Assembly: GCA_951406725.2 (NCBI GenBank)
Contig: OX597814.1
Coordinates: forward strand, 109,926,001 to 109,990,000
DNA from: Octopus vulgaris
Taxonomy: Eukaryota
DNA length: 64,000 bases
Direction: 5' to 3'
This document shows, piece by piece, positions 63,298 through 64,000 of this stretch. Below the pieces are notes generated by a model. The model was given only the letters and a program-made list of their open reading frames with translations. It made no database searches and had not been told where the DNA came from. How positions within the stretch are numbered: the first letter of the stretch is position 1; every line of letters starts with the position of its first letter. The position numbers were made by a program, and so were the translations under genes.

Positions 63298-63343
63298 TCT
63301 CTGATGAAGGGATATCCCTAATATCCTAGAAACAGCTGTAAGA
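63298..63343 (+). ncRNA. Minimal type I hammerhead ribozyme with intact core
   Basis: TCT-CTGATGA-A-GGGATAT-cccta-ATATCCT-A-GAAA-CAGCTG-TA-AGA. Stem III is palindromic and the cleavage site is GUA. Confidence 0.7.
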
Positions 63344-63402
63344 CTAACTTTCACTTTATAAACTGAAAATTCCACACAGCCTTGGCTTTGTTATGTCATT
63401 TT

Positions 63403-63439
<37 letters not shown>

Positions 63440-63440
<1 letters not shown>

Positions 63441-63710
63441 CATATACACTGAGGATGAAAAACTCAGAGCTGTTCGAGAGCCTCCCAAAAGTTAACTCAA
63501 AAATAAGTCAGAAGAGACTGAGGTTAGTTGGACAATCAGAGTTGGTACTGCACTCAGTGTTTCTGTGGAAGCCCCAACATGGACACACTAGAAGAGGGAA
63601 ACTGAGGACGACATGTTGATGCCCTAAGGACAGACGCTGGTCTCTGGGAGACACAGGACATGGCAGCGATGATGAGGGACAAAGACTGCCAGAGAGTACT
63701 TGTCCATGGA
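63440..63710 (+). mobile_element. RTE/RTEX-type LINE C-terminal fragment
   Basis: VFLWKPQHGHTRRGK.RTT.VDALRTDAGL..QDMAAMMRDKD. Confidence 0.6.
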
Positions 63711-63964
63711 TCTTAAGAATTTTACTCACCCTAGAAGATATATATACGTATTCCCATCCAAAATTGAAATGAGTTCCAACACTCCCATGTGGTATACTTG
63801 ATCAATTGTGAAAATCTTTCTCATGAAACCGTTGGTAGCCTTATTAATCCACAAATAAAGTGTGTGTGTTGTAAATTTAATAAAATAATGGAAGAAGACA
63901 ACACAGAAGGAACAAAGTTCAAGAAATACTGTATTAACTTTACATTTAAAAGAGGTGGGGGGAG

Positions 63965-64000
63965 TCTTAACATTTCAGATGTTAGTCATTCATCAGAAGA
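63965..64000 (-). ncRNA. Degenerate minimal hammerhead motif
   Basis: TCTT-CTGATGA-ATGAC-taac-ATCT-GAAA-TG-TT-AAGA. Confidence 0.45.

Overview
This is AT-rich, microsatellite-rich eukaryotic DNA made almost entirely of transposable elements. I infer an octopod cephalopod intergenic or intronic region from the mix of repeat families. No host protein-coding gene could be supported. Main components: (1) a near-intact RTE-clade LINE at about 26.0-30.2 kb (APE endonuclease plus RT) with a C4HC3 PHD-type zinc finger inserted inside its RT domain, a 13-unit array of ~61-bp hairpin-forming repeats in its 3' UTR and a (GAT)n tail, plus a decayed second copy and about 20 scattered 3' ends; (2) a 5'-truncated R4/Dong-type LINE with restriction-like endonuclease (RLE) at 9.9-12.3 kb and several relatives inserted in (TAA)n, with one lineage in (CATA)n; (3) mariner, Tc1, Tigger-like and long-TIR DNA transposons and MITEs; (4) several tRNA-derived SINE families; (5) Penelope-like remnants. 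About ten minimal hammerhead-ribozyme motifs were found by eye. Two of them lie in a palindromic element that joins a tRNA-like Pol III head to a hammerhead-bearing tail. Boundaries of degenerate repeats are approximate.
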